From Gammaproteobacteria bacterium (lineage in GTDB: Bacteria > Pseudomonadota > Gammaproteobacteria > Porifericomitales > Porifericomitaceae): a stretch of DNA of 64,000 nt. The translations under genes and the position numbers were made by a program. Positions 30,421 to 41,017 of this stretch are shown in pieces; the stretch's first letter is position 1, and each line of letters begins with the position of its first letter. The notes under the pieces were generated by a model. It worked only from the letters and a program-made list of their open reading frames with translations, did no database searches and had not been told where the DNA came from. The stretch lies in assembly GCA_014238615.1 (NCBI GenBank), contig JABAAT010000024.1, positions 104,234 to 168,233 of the forward strand. Direction: 5' to 3'.

Positions 30421-31710
30421 GTGCAGATCAACCTGACTACGCTGAAACGGCAGTCCACCCAGGAACTCGTGAATCTTTCGAACAGCCTGGGTCTGAACGG
30501 CATGGCCCGCTTCCGCAAACAGGACGTGATTTTCGAGATACTGAAAGTCAAGGCGCAACGCGGCGGGGACATCTACGGCGAGGGTGTGCTGGAAACCATG
30601 CAGGAAGGCTTCGGCTTCCTGCGCTCGGCGGACAGCTCCTACCTGGCCGGCCCGGACGACATTTACATCTCACCCAGTCAGATCCGGCGCTTCAATCTGC
30701 ATACCGGAGACAACGTCACGGGCAAAATCCGCCCACCGAAAAGCGGGGAACGCTATTTTGCCCTGCTGAAGGTGAACAAGATCAACCTGGATCCCCCGGA
30801 TTTCGCCAAGGAAAGAATTCTGTTCGAAAACCTGACACCCTTGTTCGCGCAGGAACGGTTCACCCTGGAACGCGGCAACGGCAGCACCGAGGATCTGACG
30901 TCGCGCATCATCGACCTGGTAGCACCTATCGGCAAAGGGCAACGCGGTCTCATCGTCTCACCGCCGAAGGCCGGTAAAACCGTGATGTTGCAAAACATCG
31001 CGCACTCCATCACCGCGAATCATCTGGAGTGCTACATGATCGTGCTGCTCATCGACGAGCGGCCCGAGGAAGTGACGGAGATGGAACGCTCCGTGAAAGG
31101 CGATGTCATCTCCAGCACCTTTGATGAGCCCGCCCTACGCCACATCCAGGTGGCGGAGATGGTCATTGAGTTCGCCAAGCGGCTGGTGGAACACAAGAAA
31201 GACGTGGTCATCCTGCTGGACTCCATCACGCGCCTGGCGCGCGCTTACAATACGGTGAGCCCCTCCTCCGGCAAGGTGCTCACCGGCGGCGTGGAGTCCA
31301 ACGCCTTGCAGCGACCGAAGCGCTTCTTCGGCGCGGCGCGCAACATCGAGGAGGGCGGCAGCCTGACCATCATCGCTACTGCCCTGATCGAGACCGGCTC
31401 CCGCATGGACGATGTCATCTACGAGGAGTTTAAGGGCACTGGTAACATGGAAATCCACCTGGATCGGTCCGTCGCTGAAAAACGCATCTACCCGTCCATC
31501 AACATCAATCGATCCGGTACGCGCCGCGAGGAATTGCTCACCGGCCAGGATGAGCTGCAGAAGCTTTGGGTACTGCGTAAGCTGCTGCATCCCATGGATG
31601 AGAGCAGCGCGATGGAGTTCCTGATCGAGCGGCTGAAGGACAGCAAGGTCAACGCCGAATTCTTTGAATCGATGAAGAGCATGAAGCGCTCTTCTGGACG
31701 CCTGGGGTAA
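30421..31710 (+). CDS. rho: Transcription termination factor Rho.
   Basis: [16 protein letters not shown] aligns to the E. coli MNLTELKNTPVSEL start. The full RNA-binding and ATPase domains are present. A GTG at 30421 gives 429 aa. The tracked ORF from 30310 adds 37 non-homologous residues. Confidence 0.9.
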   Translation: MQINLTTLKRQSTQELVNLSNSLGLNGMARFRKQDVIFEILKVKAQRGGDIYGEGVLETMQEGFGFLRSADSSYLAGPDDIYISPSQIRRFNLHTGDNVTGKIRPPKSGERYFALLKVNKINLDPPDFAKERILFENLTPLFAQERFTLERGNGSTEDLTSRIIDLVAPIGKGQRGLIVSPPKAGKTVMLQNIAHSITANHLECYMIVLLIDERPEEVTEMERSVKGDVISSTFDEPALRHIQVAEMVIEFAKRLVEHKKDVVILLDSITRLARAYNTVSPSSGKVLTGGVESNALQRPKRFFGAARNIEEGGSLTIIATALIETGSRMDDVIYEEFKGTGNMEIHLDRSVAEKRIYPSININRSGTRREELLTGQDELQKLWVLRKLLHPMDESSAMEFLIERLKDSKVNAEFFESMKSMKRSSGRLG

Positions 31711-31711
31711 G

Positions 31712-32668
31712 CTACTTCAGGCGGGACGGCCACAAGCCGCGCCGCGCCGCCACTCCATGCGCCCCCGCGGCGCGCGCGCGCTCCAGGTCGGCCGGCCTCA
31801 GACCGCCTAGCGCATAAACCGGCAGTTCAGCCAGGCGCGCCAGGCGCGCGAAAGCCTTCCATCCCAACGGCCGAGCCTCCGGATGTGTGGGTGTTCGACG
31901 CACCGGGCCCAGCAGGGCGCAGTCGGCTTCCAGGTCCACCGCCATACGCAATTCAGCGTGGTTATGGCAGGATACCGAGAGCCAGGACCGATCCCCCTGC
32001 CTTGATCGCACGCCCCGGTCGCACGCTTCCCGCAGACGGGCGCTTTTCAGGTGCAGGCCGTCCGCGTATTGCGGGACATGACCCGGCTCTCCCCGGTTCA
32101 GGAACAGCAGGGCGCCTGCCGCACGGCACACCGACCCCGCGCGGCGCGCCAGGGCCTCGTAGCGCGGCGCCTCCATGCGGTCACAGCGCAGCTGCACCAG
32201 GCCGGCGCCGAGTGCCAGACCGGCGCGCAGGTGGGCACTGAAATCCTGGGCCGGGTCCTGCTCCGGCGTGACCAAGTACAAGGGCGGCAGCAGCAGCACC
32301 GCCAGGATCGTGCGGTTAGGCGGCGGAATGGGCATGCCGCGCAGCACCGCCGGGTCTTCCCAGCGGCTTTCCATGTGCCGTGGCGGGCGCGGCGCGCCGC
32401 CCCAGGATTCCACCAGCCAGGCCCGCAGGCAAAACCTCGGACCCGACGCATACTGGTAGCGTCGCACGCAGAGCAACCGCGCTTCCTGCACCATCACCCC
32501 CAGTTCCTCGTGCAGTTCGCGCTGCAGAGCTGCCCGGGCATCCTCCCCCGGCTCCAGCTTGCCTCCCGGGAAATGCCAGAGGCCGGCCAGCGGTGGCGCC
32601 GCGCCGCGCATCGTCAGGACCCGGCCCCGGGCGTCCCGCAACACCCCCAGCGACACTTCCACGCGCAC
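31712..32668 (-). CDS. Nudix hydrolase (MutT-like) fused to a thiamine-phosphate-synthase-like (TMP-TENI) domain.
   Basis: The N-terminal Nudix box is GGKLEPGEDARAALQRELHEELG, and the C-terminal ThiE-like region is LYLVTP...LGPV. It is the same secA-argJ-mutT neighbourhood seen in Pseudomonas. Confidence 0.75.
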   Translation of the reverse strand: MRVEVSLGVLRDARGRVLTMRGAAPPLAGLWHFPGGKLEPGEDARAALQRELHEELGVMVQEARLLCVRRYQYASGPRFCLRAWLVESWGGAPRPPRHMESRWEDPAVLRGMPIPPPNRTILAVLLLPPLYLVTPEQDPAQDFSAHLRAGLALGAGLVQLRCDRMEAPRYEALARRAGSVCRAAGALLFLNRGEPGHVPQYADGLHLKSARLREACDRGVRSRQGDRSWLSVSCHNHAELRMAVDLEADCALLGPVRRTPTHPEARPLGWKAFARLARLAELPVYALGGLRPADLERARAAGAHGVAARRGLWPSRLK

Positions 32669-32670
32669 GG

Positions 32671-33924
32671 CTAACTCAGGCCGCCGGCGTTAAAGTCCAC
32701 GTAGCGGCTGTTCAGGTCGGTGGTCCAAATGGTCTCCCGCACCGCGCCGCGGCCCAGGTGCACCAACAGGCGATCGGCGGCGCCCGGGGGACGGGCGGCG
32801 GCAGCCTCTTGCTCCGGCAGGACCATGCCGTCCCGAATCAGCGCCAACGGCCCCAGGTGCACCTGGACCCGGCTGATATCCAGGGCCGGCAGGGGCGCGC
32901 GGCCGAGCGCGGCGAGAATACGCCCGGCCGGCGGTACGCGCGCCTGCAGCGAGACTTTGACCAGCGGTGAACAGGCAATGGTATAGGCCGTGCGCAGGCA
33001 TTCGCGCGACGACCGACCGCCGCTCACGGTGATGCCTAGAACCCGGCTGCTCCCCTCACCGTCCCGCAGCATTTCCCGCGCCAGGTAGCGGCAGATGAGC
33101 AGCAAGGACTGTTGCAGAAGCTCCCATTCCGGTGTCTCCGGGAGTAGCGACGGCCCGGCGGCGCGACCGGTGCTTAACAACACGCAAGCGTCATTCGTGG
33201 AAGTGTCGCCGTCCACACTGATACGATTGAAGCTTTGCCGCACCACCGAGCGTAGGCAGGTACGCAGGGCGCGCGGCGGCAGAGCGGCGTCGGTGGCAAT
33301 GAAGGCCAGCATCGTGGCCATATCCGGACGCAGCATCCCGGCGCCCTTGGCCATCGCGGTGAAGCGCAGCACCCGGCCGTCCGGCAGCCGCAGGCGCGCC
33401 GTTACTCCCTTGGGAAAACGATCCGTGGTGCAAATAGCGCGCGCCGCCGCGGCCCAACCCTGCTCCACGGCGTCCCGCAGCGCGTGCGTCGCCGCCGCGG
33501 TCAACCGCGCCACGGGCAGGCGCCGCCCAATGAAGCCCGTTGAAAAAGGCAACACCTCCTGCACACCGACCCCGCCGCACGCGGCCAGTTCCCGGCAACA
33601 GCGGAACGCATCTTCCATCCCGCCCGCCCCGGTGCCGGCATTGGCGTTGCCGGAATTGATGAGCAGCAGGCGCGGCTGCCGACGCGCCAGGTGTGCGCGC
33701 GCCAGGTGCACCGGCGGCGCCGCGGCCCGGTTACGGGTAAACACGGCGGCGGCGCGCACGCCCTGCTCCAGGGCCAGCACCGCGACGTCGTCGCCCCGCT
33801 CCTTCAATCCGGCCCGGGCGCTGCCGACCCGTAACCCCGGCAACACCGCCAGGTGCGGGTAGCCACGCCACGTGAAACCGCGCGGCAATACGGCACCGGG
33901 AAGCAGCGGCCCTTTTCCGGACAC
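32671..33924 (-). CDS. argJ: Bifunctional glutamate N-acetyltransferase / amino-acid acetyltransferase ArgJ.
   Basis: LPRGFTW...AAVFTRNR, the ATML autoprocessing site and TDLNSRYVDFNAGGLS are ArgJ signatures. A GTG at 33924 gives 418 aa. The ORF to 34104 is an extension. Confidence 0.85.
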   Translation of the reverse strand: MSGKGPLLPGAVLPRGFTWRGYPHLAVLPGLRVGSARAGLKERGDDVAVLALEQGVRAAAVFTRNRAAAPPVHLARAHLARRQPRLLLINSGNANAGTGAGGMEDAFRCCRELAACGGVGVQEVLPFSTGFIGRRLPVARLTAAATHALRDAVEQGWAAAARAICTTDRFPKGVTARLRLPDGRVLRFTAMAKGAGMLRPDMATMLAFIATDAALPPRALRTCLRSVVRQSFNRISVDGDTSTNDACVLLSTGRAAGPSLLPETPEWELLQQSLLLICRYLAREMLRDGEGSSRVLGITVSGGRSSRECLRTAYTIACSPLVKVSLQARVPPAGRILAALGRAPLPALDISRVQVHLGPLALIRDGMVLPEQEAAAARPPGAADRLLVHLGRGAVRETIWTTDLNSRYVDFNAGGLS

Positions 33925-33970
33925 CCGCCCCCGCTCCGTACGCTCCCCGGATGAGCGGCTCACGCGCGAC

Positions 33971-36703
33971 TCAGGGAATCGGCACGTCGGCGCGACCGTG
34001 ACAATGCTTGTACTTGCGCCCGGAGCCGCAGGGACATGCCTCGTTGCGGCCCCGCTTGCGCTCCGCGCGGCGGAAAGGCTTCTTCGAGCCGGGCTGTCCG
34101 CCACGCCGCACCATGGACGCGGGTCGCGCGGAGTCCGTGATGGGATCGGGGGCGGCGGCCAACGGGGTCACACGCTCCACGGCGGCCACTTCCGGGGACA
34201 GCGCCTTGCCAGGTAACTGGGAGCGCGCGGCACCTTCCCCGGGCTCCAGCACCAGGTGACACAGGAAACCGGTCACATCGCGCCGCACGTTGTCCTGCAT
34301 ACTGAGAAACATCTCGAAAGCCTCGCGCTTGAACTCCTGCATCGGGTTGCGCTGGGCGTAACCACGCAGGCCGATACCAAGACGCAGCTGCTCCACCTCG
34401 CTCAGGTGCGCGCGCCAGTGCCGATCAAAAACCCCCATGGTGACCTGGCGGGCAATGTCCAGGAACAGCCCCGGCGGCAACTGGTCCCGCTTCGCGTCAA
34501 GTTGCTCCCGCACCCCCCGCAACACCCGTCCACACAAGGCCTCGAAGCTCACATCCTCGTTCTCACGCAACCAAGCCGCCACTTCCAGTTCCAGGTTCAG
34601 GTCCTGGCGCAGGGTGCGCTGCAGCCCTTCCAGGTCCCAGTTTTCAGGGTGGCTGTCTTTGGAAATATGCGTGCCGACCCGGGTTTCCACGGTATCTTCC
34701 AGGATATCCGCCAGGTCCGAAGAGATGTCCTCGGAGTCCAGCAACCGGTTGCGCAGGGTGTACACCACCTTGCGCTGTTCGTTGGCCACGTCGTCATATT
34801 CCAGCAGGTGTTTGCGGGCATCAAAGTTCTGCGTTTCCACCTTGCGCTGGGCGTTCTCCAGCACCCGGCTCAGCCAGGGGTGCTCTATGGCCTCGCCTTC
34901 GCTCATGCCGACCCGCTGCATGATGCCGGAGATGCGCTCGGAGGCAAAAATACGCAGCAGGTTGTCTTCCAGGGACAGGTAGAAGCGGCTGGAACCGGGA
35001 TCGCCCTGGCGGCCGGAACGGCCGCGTAACTGGTTGTCGATACGCCGCGATTCGTGGCGCTCGGTGCCAATGATGTGCAGCCCGCCGTTCCGCACCACCT
35101 GTGTATAGCGTTTCCGCCACTCCTCCCGGATGCGCTGCTGCTCATCGGGATCCTCTATCGAACGCTGCCTGATCTCAGCATCCTGGTTTCCGCCCAGCAC
35201 GATGTCGGTGCCACGTCCGGCCATGTTGGTGGCGATGGTCACGTTGCCGGGGCGCCCGGCCTGGGCGATGATTTCGGCCTCGCGTTCGTGCTGCTTGGCG
35301 TTCAACACGGCATGCCCGATCTTTTTCCGGCGCAACAGTTCCGAAAGGTGTTCAGACACCTCGATCGAGGTGGTACCGACCAGCACCGGGCGGTGCCGCT
35401 CGCAGCATTCCTGGATGTCCTCAATGATGGCGTGAAACTTGTCCTCCGCCTTGAGGAACACAAGGTCATCGAAGTCTTCGCGGATCATTTGTTTATGGGT
35501 TGGGATCACCAGCACATCCAGGCCGTAGATTTGCCGGAATTCATGCGCCTCGGTGTCCGCCGTACCGGTCATCCCGGACAACTTCCCATAAAGCCGGAAG
35601 AAATTCTGGTAGGTGATGGAAGCCAGGGTCAGGTTTTCCTGCTGCACCGGAACCTTCTCCTTGGCTTCAATCGCCTGGTGCAGACCGTCCGACCAGCGCC
35701 GTCCGACCAGGGTGCGGCCGGTAAATTCGTCCACGATCACCACCTTGCCGCCTTGCACGATGTAGTGGATGTCACGCTTGAACAGCAGGCGCGCGCGCAG
35801 GGCCGCGTGGATGTAATACATCAGGCGCACATGCGCCGGGTCATACAGGCTGGCGCCGGGTCCCAGGATGGCGGCGCGCACAAGCCCCTGCTCCACCCGC
35901 GCGTGCCCCTCTTCGCTGAGGTGCACCAGGCGCAGCTTCTCGTCCACGCTGTAATCTTCCTCCCCCAGGGTGGTGATCAGGCGGTCGATGCGGGGATAAA
36001 GGCTGTTATCTTCCTTCTGATGGCCGGAGATAATCAGCGGCGTGCGCGCCTCGTCGATGAGGATCGAGTCCACCTCATCGACGATGGCGTAGTTCAGTTC
36101 ACGCTGCACCCGCCCCTCCCGGGTCGGCACCATGTTGTTGCGCAGGTAGTCGAAACCCAGTTCGCTGTTGGTACCGTACACCACGTCCGCGGCATAGGCG
36201 CGGGTACGCTCGCTCTCGCTCAACTGCGGCACGATAACGCCCGTCTCCAGACCCAGCGCCTGGTAAATGCGCCCCATCCACTCGGCATCGCGCCGGGCGA
36301 GGTAGTCATTCACCGTGACCACGTGCACGCCTTTGCCGGACAGGGCATTCAGGTAGGCGGGCAAGGTAGCGGCCAGGGTTTTGCCTTCACCGGTGCGCAT
36401 CTCGGCGATCTTGCCCAAGTGCAGACAGATGCCGCCCAGCAACTGCACGCCGAAATGGCGCTGGCCGATGTTGCGCCGCGCCGCTTCGCGCACCACGGCG
36501 AAAGCCTCTGGCAGCAGGTTATCCAGAGAGTTGCCGTTTTCCAGGGATTGTCGAAAAGCCCCTGTACGGCCGCGCAACGCCTCATCGGACAGACCCGTTA
36601 GATCTTTTTCCAGGGCGTCAATTTGCGTCATCAAGGACGTTTGACGCCGCAGGAAACGCTCATTGTGGCTGCCGAACAGCTTGCGGAACAGGGGAACTAA
36701 CAC
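33971..36703 (-). CDS. secA: Preprotein translocase ATPase SecA.
   Basis: 910 aa with full-length SecA identity, including the C-terminal Zn finger CPCGSGRKYKHCHG. Confidence 0.97.
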   Translation of the reverse strand: MLVPLFRKLFGSHNERFLRRQTSLMTQIDALEKDLTGLSDEALRGRTGAFRQSLENGNSLDNLLPEAFAVVREAARRNIGQRHFGVQLLGGICLHLGKIAEMRTGEGKTLAATLPAYLNALSGKGVHVVTVNDYLARRDAEWMGRIYQALGLETGVIVPQLSESERTRAYAADVVYGTNSELGFDYLRNNMVPTREGRVQRELNYAIVDEVDSILIDEARTPLIISGHQKEDNSLYPRIDRLITTLGEEDYSVDEKLRLVHLSEEGHARVEQGLVRAAILGPGASLYDPAHVRLMYYIHAALRARLLFKRDIHYIVQGGKVVIVDEFTGRTLVGRRWSDGLHQAIEAKEKVPVQQENLTLASITYQNFFRLYGKLSGMTGTADTEAHEFRQIYGLDVLVIPTHKQMIREDFDDLVFLKAEDKFHAIIEDIQECCERHRPVLVGTTSIEVSEHLSELLRRKKIGHAVLNAKQHEREAEIIAQAGRPGNVTIATNMAGRGTDIVLGGNQDAEIRQRSIEDPDEQQRIREEWRKRYTQVVRNGGLHIIGTERHESRRIDNQLRGRSGRQGDPGSSRFYLSLEDNLLRIFASERISGIMQRVGMSEGEAIEHPWLSRVLENAQRKVETQNFDARKHLLEYDDVANEQRKVVYTLRNRLLDSEDISSDLADILEDTVETRVGTHISKDSHPENWDLEGLQRTLRQDLNLELEVAAWLRENEDVSFEALCGRVLRGVREQLDAKRDQLPPGLFLDIARQVTMGVFDRHWRAHLSEVEQLRLGIGLRGYAQRNPMQEFKREAFEMFLSMQDNVRRDVTGFLCHLVLEPGEGAARSQLPGKALSPEVAAVERVTPLAAAPDPITDSARPASMVRRGGQPGSKKPFRRAERKRGRNEACPCGSGRKYKHCHGRADVPIP

Positions 36704-36824
36704 AGCGGATTGAAGGGCGGCGGAACTTCAGGGCGGCGGCGGGCGGAGCGGGGAAACGGCGCGACGCGAAGCAGCGTTGCCGACGCTGCCTGAAACCCGG
36801 GAACAGGCGGCCACGGAGCGCCTG

Positions 36825-37826
36825 CTAGAGTTGGGCGGCGGCGCGGGTGATGTAGTTGACGGGATTGACCAGCTTGCCGCCGATCTCAATTTCAAAATGC
36901 ACATGGACTCCCGTAGAACGACCGGTGGAACCCATCCGGGCAATGACCTGGCCTTGCTCCACCCATTCGCCGACCGTCACCAGGTTCTTGCTGTTATGCC
37001 CATAGCGGGTTACGTAAACATCTCCGTGCGAGATTTCCACCAGCTTGCCGTAGGCGCCCTTGCGGCCCGCCCAGGTGACGATACCCGCCGCCACGGCGTG
37101 GATGGGAGTGCCGCGATGATCGGAGATGTCCAGGCCGCCGTGAAACTCGCGACGCCCGCTGAAGGGATCGATACGCATGCCAAAACGGGAGCTGTACCAA
37201 CCCTGCGCGACGCTGCCGGTCGGAATGATGCGCTTAATGAACTTACGCTCCATGGACAGTGAACGCATGAGCTCAAGGCGCTTCTCCACCATTTGCAGGC
37301 TCTGCTCCAGGCGCAGCAGTTCCTCGAACACGTCTTCCGGAACCAGTGCGCCGGAAGACCCTTCGTCAGGCATGGGGAACATGGGCGCCGGCCCACCCTG
37401 CCCCGGGCTTTCCTCTTCGTCAAACTCGGGGGTCTCAAGCTCCGTCGCCTCCAACAACAGGGCGCTCAAGGATTCCAGCTGCCACACATTTCCCTGTAGC
37501 TCACCCAAACGCACCGCCATGGCATTCAATTGTTTCTGCTCTTCCCGGTGCGCGGCGCGTAAGTGCTCTATGAGCCGATCCCGTGTGTCAAGTTGCTCCA
37601 ACAGGTAGCGACTTGGAAGGACGCTCGTCTCGATCGCGACGACAGCGTCTTCATCCTGAAACAACGACACCAGGTGCTCGACCGGCAGATGTTTCCGGTA
37701 AACCGCCGTCGCAAGCAGCAGCACGACCAGCAGCAGGACCCACAAAACCAGCGAGAGAGGCCGCACGATAAGGCATGAGGCGGAACGCCAGCCCCACGCG
37801 GGAATCATGGTGATCTGGATGTGCAT
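36825..37826 (-). CDS. M23-family metallopeptidase with an N-terminal TM and coiled-coil region.
   Basis: The C-terminal LytM domain carries HGGLDI, GYG...HLHFE-type motifs (HVHFEIEIGG). It lies between lpxC and secA, as in Pseudomonas. Confidence 0.8.
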   Translation of the reverse strand: MHIQITMIPAWGWRSASCLIVRPLSLVLWVLLLVVLLLATAVYRKHLPVEHLVSLFQDEDAVVAIETSVLPSRYLLEQLDTRDRLIEHLRAAHREEQKQLNAMAVRLGELQGNVWQLESLSALLLEATELETPEFDEEESPGQGGPAPMFPMPDEGSSGALVPEDVFEELLRLEQSLQMVEKRLELMRSLSMERKFIKRIIPTGSVAQGWYSSRFGMRIDPFSGRREFHGGLDISDHRGTPIHAVAAGIVTWAGRKGAYGKLVEISHGDVYVTRYGHNSKNLVTVGEWVEQGQVIARMGSTGRSTGVHVHFEIEIGGKLVNPVNYITRAAAQL

Positions 37827-37902
37827 AAAACTCCGGTGCGGAACACCTTAATCTATAATAGAATAAACTATAGACAGCAGCAACACGCATAACCCCCGCG
37901 AG

Positions 37903-38358
37903 GTGCCCACATCATCGGCGGCCGGTGCGCTGGTGGAGTATCTTAAACAACTCATGAGTATGCGTCCCTTATCTCACTACCTGGCTCTATACAGTACCGA
38001 AGAGAACCACGGGCTGGTCCCTTCCCTTCTGCACAAACTGCTGCCGCGCGACGCGGCCGCGCACTGCCACGGTGCCTGCGTGCGCGGTGAATACCTGGTC
38101 ATCTTCGTGGAGTCCGGCGTCTGGGCCACGGCACTGCAGCACCGTAAACAGCAATTGCTGGATGCGCTCCGCGATGAGTGCCCCACGCTGCGCGGCCTGC
38201 GGTTGCGCGTCCGTCCGCTGGATGCGAAACTCCCCCGCCCTCCCCGCCGGCGTGTGTCCCCGGAGCACTGCTCCGAACTGCTGGCTATTGCTTCCGGGGT
38301 GCGCGACACGGCCCTGCGGCGTGCTCTTTGTGCGCTCGCCGAGACACTCTCTCATTGA
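37903..38358 (+). CDS. DUF721-family protein (DciA-like).
   Basis: The pattern LxxLLP...C.GA.VRGEYLVIFVESGVWATALQH...L...L fits the DUF721 fold. It occupies the conserved position between lpxC and the M23 gene. Confidence 0.55.
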   Translation: MPTSSAAGALVEYLKQLMSMRPLSHYLALYSTEENHGLVPSLLHKLLPRDAAAHCHGACVRGEYLVIFVESGVWATALQHRKQQLLDALRDECPTLRGLRLRVRPLDAKLPRPPRRRVSPEHCSELLAIASGVRDTALRRALCALAETLSH

Positions 38359-38400
38359 AGCAACCGCCGCCGCCACGTCGCATCAACCACCACGGTCTTC

Positions 38401-39312
38401 CTATACGGCATGCTCTGGAACCAGGAAGCGCACCGGCACATCCTCCTCGTCCTCGTAACTGACCAACTCCCAGGCCTCGGTGTGCTCCAGCAGACTTTTC
38501 AGAAGCACGCTATTTAAAGCGTGGCCGGACTTATAGCCGCTGAAGGAACCGATCAGGCTGTGCCCCAGCAGGTAGAGATCGCCGATGGCGTCCAGGATCT
38601 TGTGCCGCACACACTCATCCCGATAGCGCAGGCCGTGTTCATTCAGCACCCGGTAGTCATCCATCACCACGGCGTTGTCCAGGCTGCCGCCCAGCGCCAG
38701 GTTGCGCTCCTGCAATTGCTCCACCTCGCGCAGGAACCCGAAAGTACGCGCACGGCTGACTTCCTTGACGTAGGAGGTCGTGGAAAAATTAAACTCCGCG
38801 TGGGAATGCCCGGGTGCAAAAGCAGGATGCTTGAAATCGATGGTAAATCCCAGGCGGAACCCGTCGTAAGGCTCAAAAACGGCCCATTTATCGCCGCTCT
38901 CAACCCGCAGCTTCTTGCGTATGCGCAGGAATTTGCGCGGCGCGTTCTGCTCCACGATGCTGGCGGACTGGATAAGAAACACGAAAGGCCCGGAACTGCC
39001 GTCCATGATGGGCACCTCACCGGCATCCAGATCGATGTAGGCATTATCTACTCCAAAACCGGCCAGGGCCGAAAGCAAGTGCTCCACGGTGGACACCTTG
39101 ACCCCATCCCGCTCCAGGGATGTGGAAAGCCGTGTGTCCCCTATGTAGTTGACCTTGGCGGGGATCTCCAGGGGCGGTTCCCGGTCCATGCGACGAAAGA
39201 TAATGCCGGTGTTCACCACAGCGGGGCGTAGCGCCATCTGGATCAGCTTTCCGGTGTGCAGGCCGACGCCTTTAGCGCGTATGCAGTTCTTCAGGGTGCG
39301 TTGTTTAATCAT
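38401..39312 (-). CDS. lpxC: UDP-3-O-acyl-N-acetylglucosamine deacetylase LpxC.
   Basis: [22 protein letters not shown] is the canonical LpxC start. The product is 303 aa. Confidence 0.95.
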   Translation of the reverse strand: MIKQRTLKNCIRAKGVGLHTGKLIQMALRPAVVNTGIIFRRMDREPPLEIPAKVNYIGDTRLSTSLERDGVKVSTVEHLLSALAGFGVDNAYIDLDAGEVPIMDGSSGPFVFLIQSASIVEQNAPRKFLRIRKKLRVESGDKWAVFEPYDGFRLGFTIDFKHPAFAPGHSHAEFNFSTTSYVKEVSRARTFGFLREVEQLQERNLALGGSLDNAVVMDDYRVLNEHGLRYRDECVRHKILDAIGDLYLLGHSLIGSFSGYKSGHALNSVLLKSLLEHTEAWELVSYEDEEDVPVRFLVPEHAV

Positions 39313-39818
39313 CTGGCAACACTTTCCGAGTGTGTAAGACTTTCTGGTATGTAAAGACGGGCATCGCGGGACGCCGCACAGGCGGTCCCACCGCGGGAGC
39401 CGCGCCCATACGCCGCGTATGGTTGTCTCAATGGATGATGGTTGCGGGAATCTCCCCTCGGGCCGCTGCTTGAATTGGTATGCTTCCTTCCGGATTCACT
39501 TGCAACACAAGTAGTCCGCCAAATACTCCGCCCCATGGGAAAACTTCGTGGAAGCCACCCTGCAGGGTACGCCCCAAGTGCGCCGCGCACTATCCTGCCC
39601 GGCTTCCCGGACCGCTCCAAGGAGCCTCCGGGCCGACGGCCATGCAAAACGCACCTGGAACCGACCTTCCGAGCCACCCTTCCAGGCCCCCCACGGCTCG
39701 GCAGGTCACACCTCCCCATTCAGGTTGTGTTTACCCTTGGCGCAGGCATCTTCCCATAAAAGCGGCCTCCTGTCAAATACCGCAACGGCCGCTCCATGAG
39801 ACTCAATCCGAGGCGCGC

Positions 39819-40958
39819 TCAATCCGCCTGACGGCGCAGGAAGGAGGGAATGTCCAGGTAATCCTGGTCTTCATCCCGTCCACCGTCCACGATGACTTCC
39901 GGATGCCGGATCGGCCTCAGGCTCGTGCCAGGGTTTTTATCCGAAGCACCCGCGGCGGTGCCTTGATCCAGGCCGGGCGCGGCTTCCGCGGCGGGCACGC
40001 CCAGCCCGGTCGCCACTACCGTGACCCGCAGCTCATCGTGCATGGTGTCGTCAAACACCATGCCGATGAGAATCTGCGCAGCTTCCGAGGCATGCTCGCG
40101 GACCCGCTCACCGACCTGCTGCCATTCGCCGATGCTGCAGTTGGACCCAGCGGTGACGTTCACCAGCATGCCGCGCGCGCCGGCCAGGTTGATATCATCC
40201 AGAAGCGGGCAGGACAGCGCGGCTTCCGCCGCATGCACCGCGCGATCCTCGCCGGAGGCATGCCCGGAGCCGATCATGGCCATGCCGGTCTCCGACATCA
40301 CCGTGCGCACATCCGCGAAATCCAGGTTGATGAGCCCCGGCCGGGTAATCATCTCGGCGATGCCCTGCACGGCGCCCAACAGCACGTCATCGGCCGCCTT
40401 GAAAGCGTCCCTGAAAGAGCAGGATTGCCCAAATACGCTGATCAGCTTGTCGTTCGGCACGGTGATCAGTGAATCCACGTATTCGCGCAGCTCATCCAGT
40501 CCCTGCCCGGCGATGCGTGCGCGGTGCGTGCCTTCAAAAGTGAAAGGTCGGGTCACCACGGCCACGGTCAGGATGCCCAGCTCCCGGGCGATCTGCGCGA
40601 CCACCGGCGCCGCGCCGGTGCCGGTGCCGCCGCCCATGCCAGCGGTCACGAAGAGCATATCGGCGCCCTCCACCGCTTCCCGGATGGCTTCCCGATCCTC
40701 CTGCGCGGCCTTGCGCCCAATGTCGGGATTGGAACCGGCGCCCAGGCCACGGGTGATGCCCACGCCGATGGCCAACTGTTGGTCAGCGGGGATCTCCTCC
40801 AGGTGCTGGCGATCGGTATTCAGGCAGATAAAGTGCACGCCGTTGATACCGGATTGAATCATGTGTTTAACTGCATTGCCACCGCCGCCACCGACGCCGA
40901 CCACCTTGATGAGGGCCTTCTGCCGCTCTTGCTCTGGTTGCACCAGTTTGAATTGCAT
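39819..40958 (-). CDS. ftsZ: Cell-division GTPase FtsZ.
   Basis: GVGGGGGNAV tubulin signature and full-length FtsZ similarity. Confidence 0.97.
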   Translation of the reverse strand: MQFKLVQPEQERQKALIKVVGVGGGGGNAVKHMIQSGINGVHFICLNTDRQHLEEIPADQQLAIGVGITRGLGAGSNPDIGRKAAQEDREAIREAVEGADMLFVTAGMGGGTGTGAAPVVAQIARELGILTVAVVTRPFTFEGTHRARIAGQGLDELREYVDSLITVPNDKLISVFGQSCSFRDAFKAADDVLLGAVQGIAEMITRPGLINLDFADVRTVMSETGMAMIGSGHASGEDRAVHAAEAALSCPLLDDINLAGARGMLVNVTAGSNCSIGEWQQVGERVREHASEAAQILIGMVFDDTMHDELRVTVVATGLGVPAAEAAPGLDQGTAAGASDKNPGTSLRPIRHPEVIVDGGRDEDQDYLDIPSFLRRQAD

Positions 40959-41017
40959 GATGTTATCTCCTGGATGATGGGTTGAATAAAAAAACCAGCG
41001 GCCAGCCGCCGGACTGT

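Noticed and set aside
37987-38376. 129-aa minus-strand ORF opposite the DUF721 gene.
   Set aside because: The plus-strand product shows a coherent DUF721-like pattern and occupies the conserved synteny. The minus-strand translation is low-complexity.
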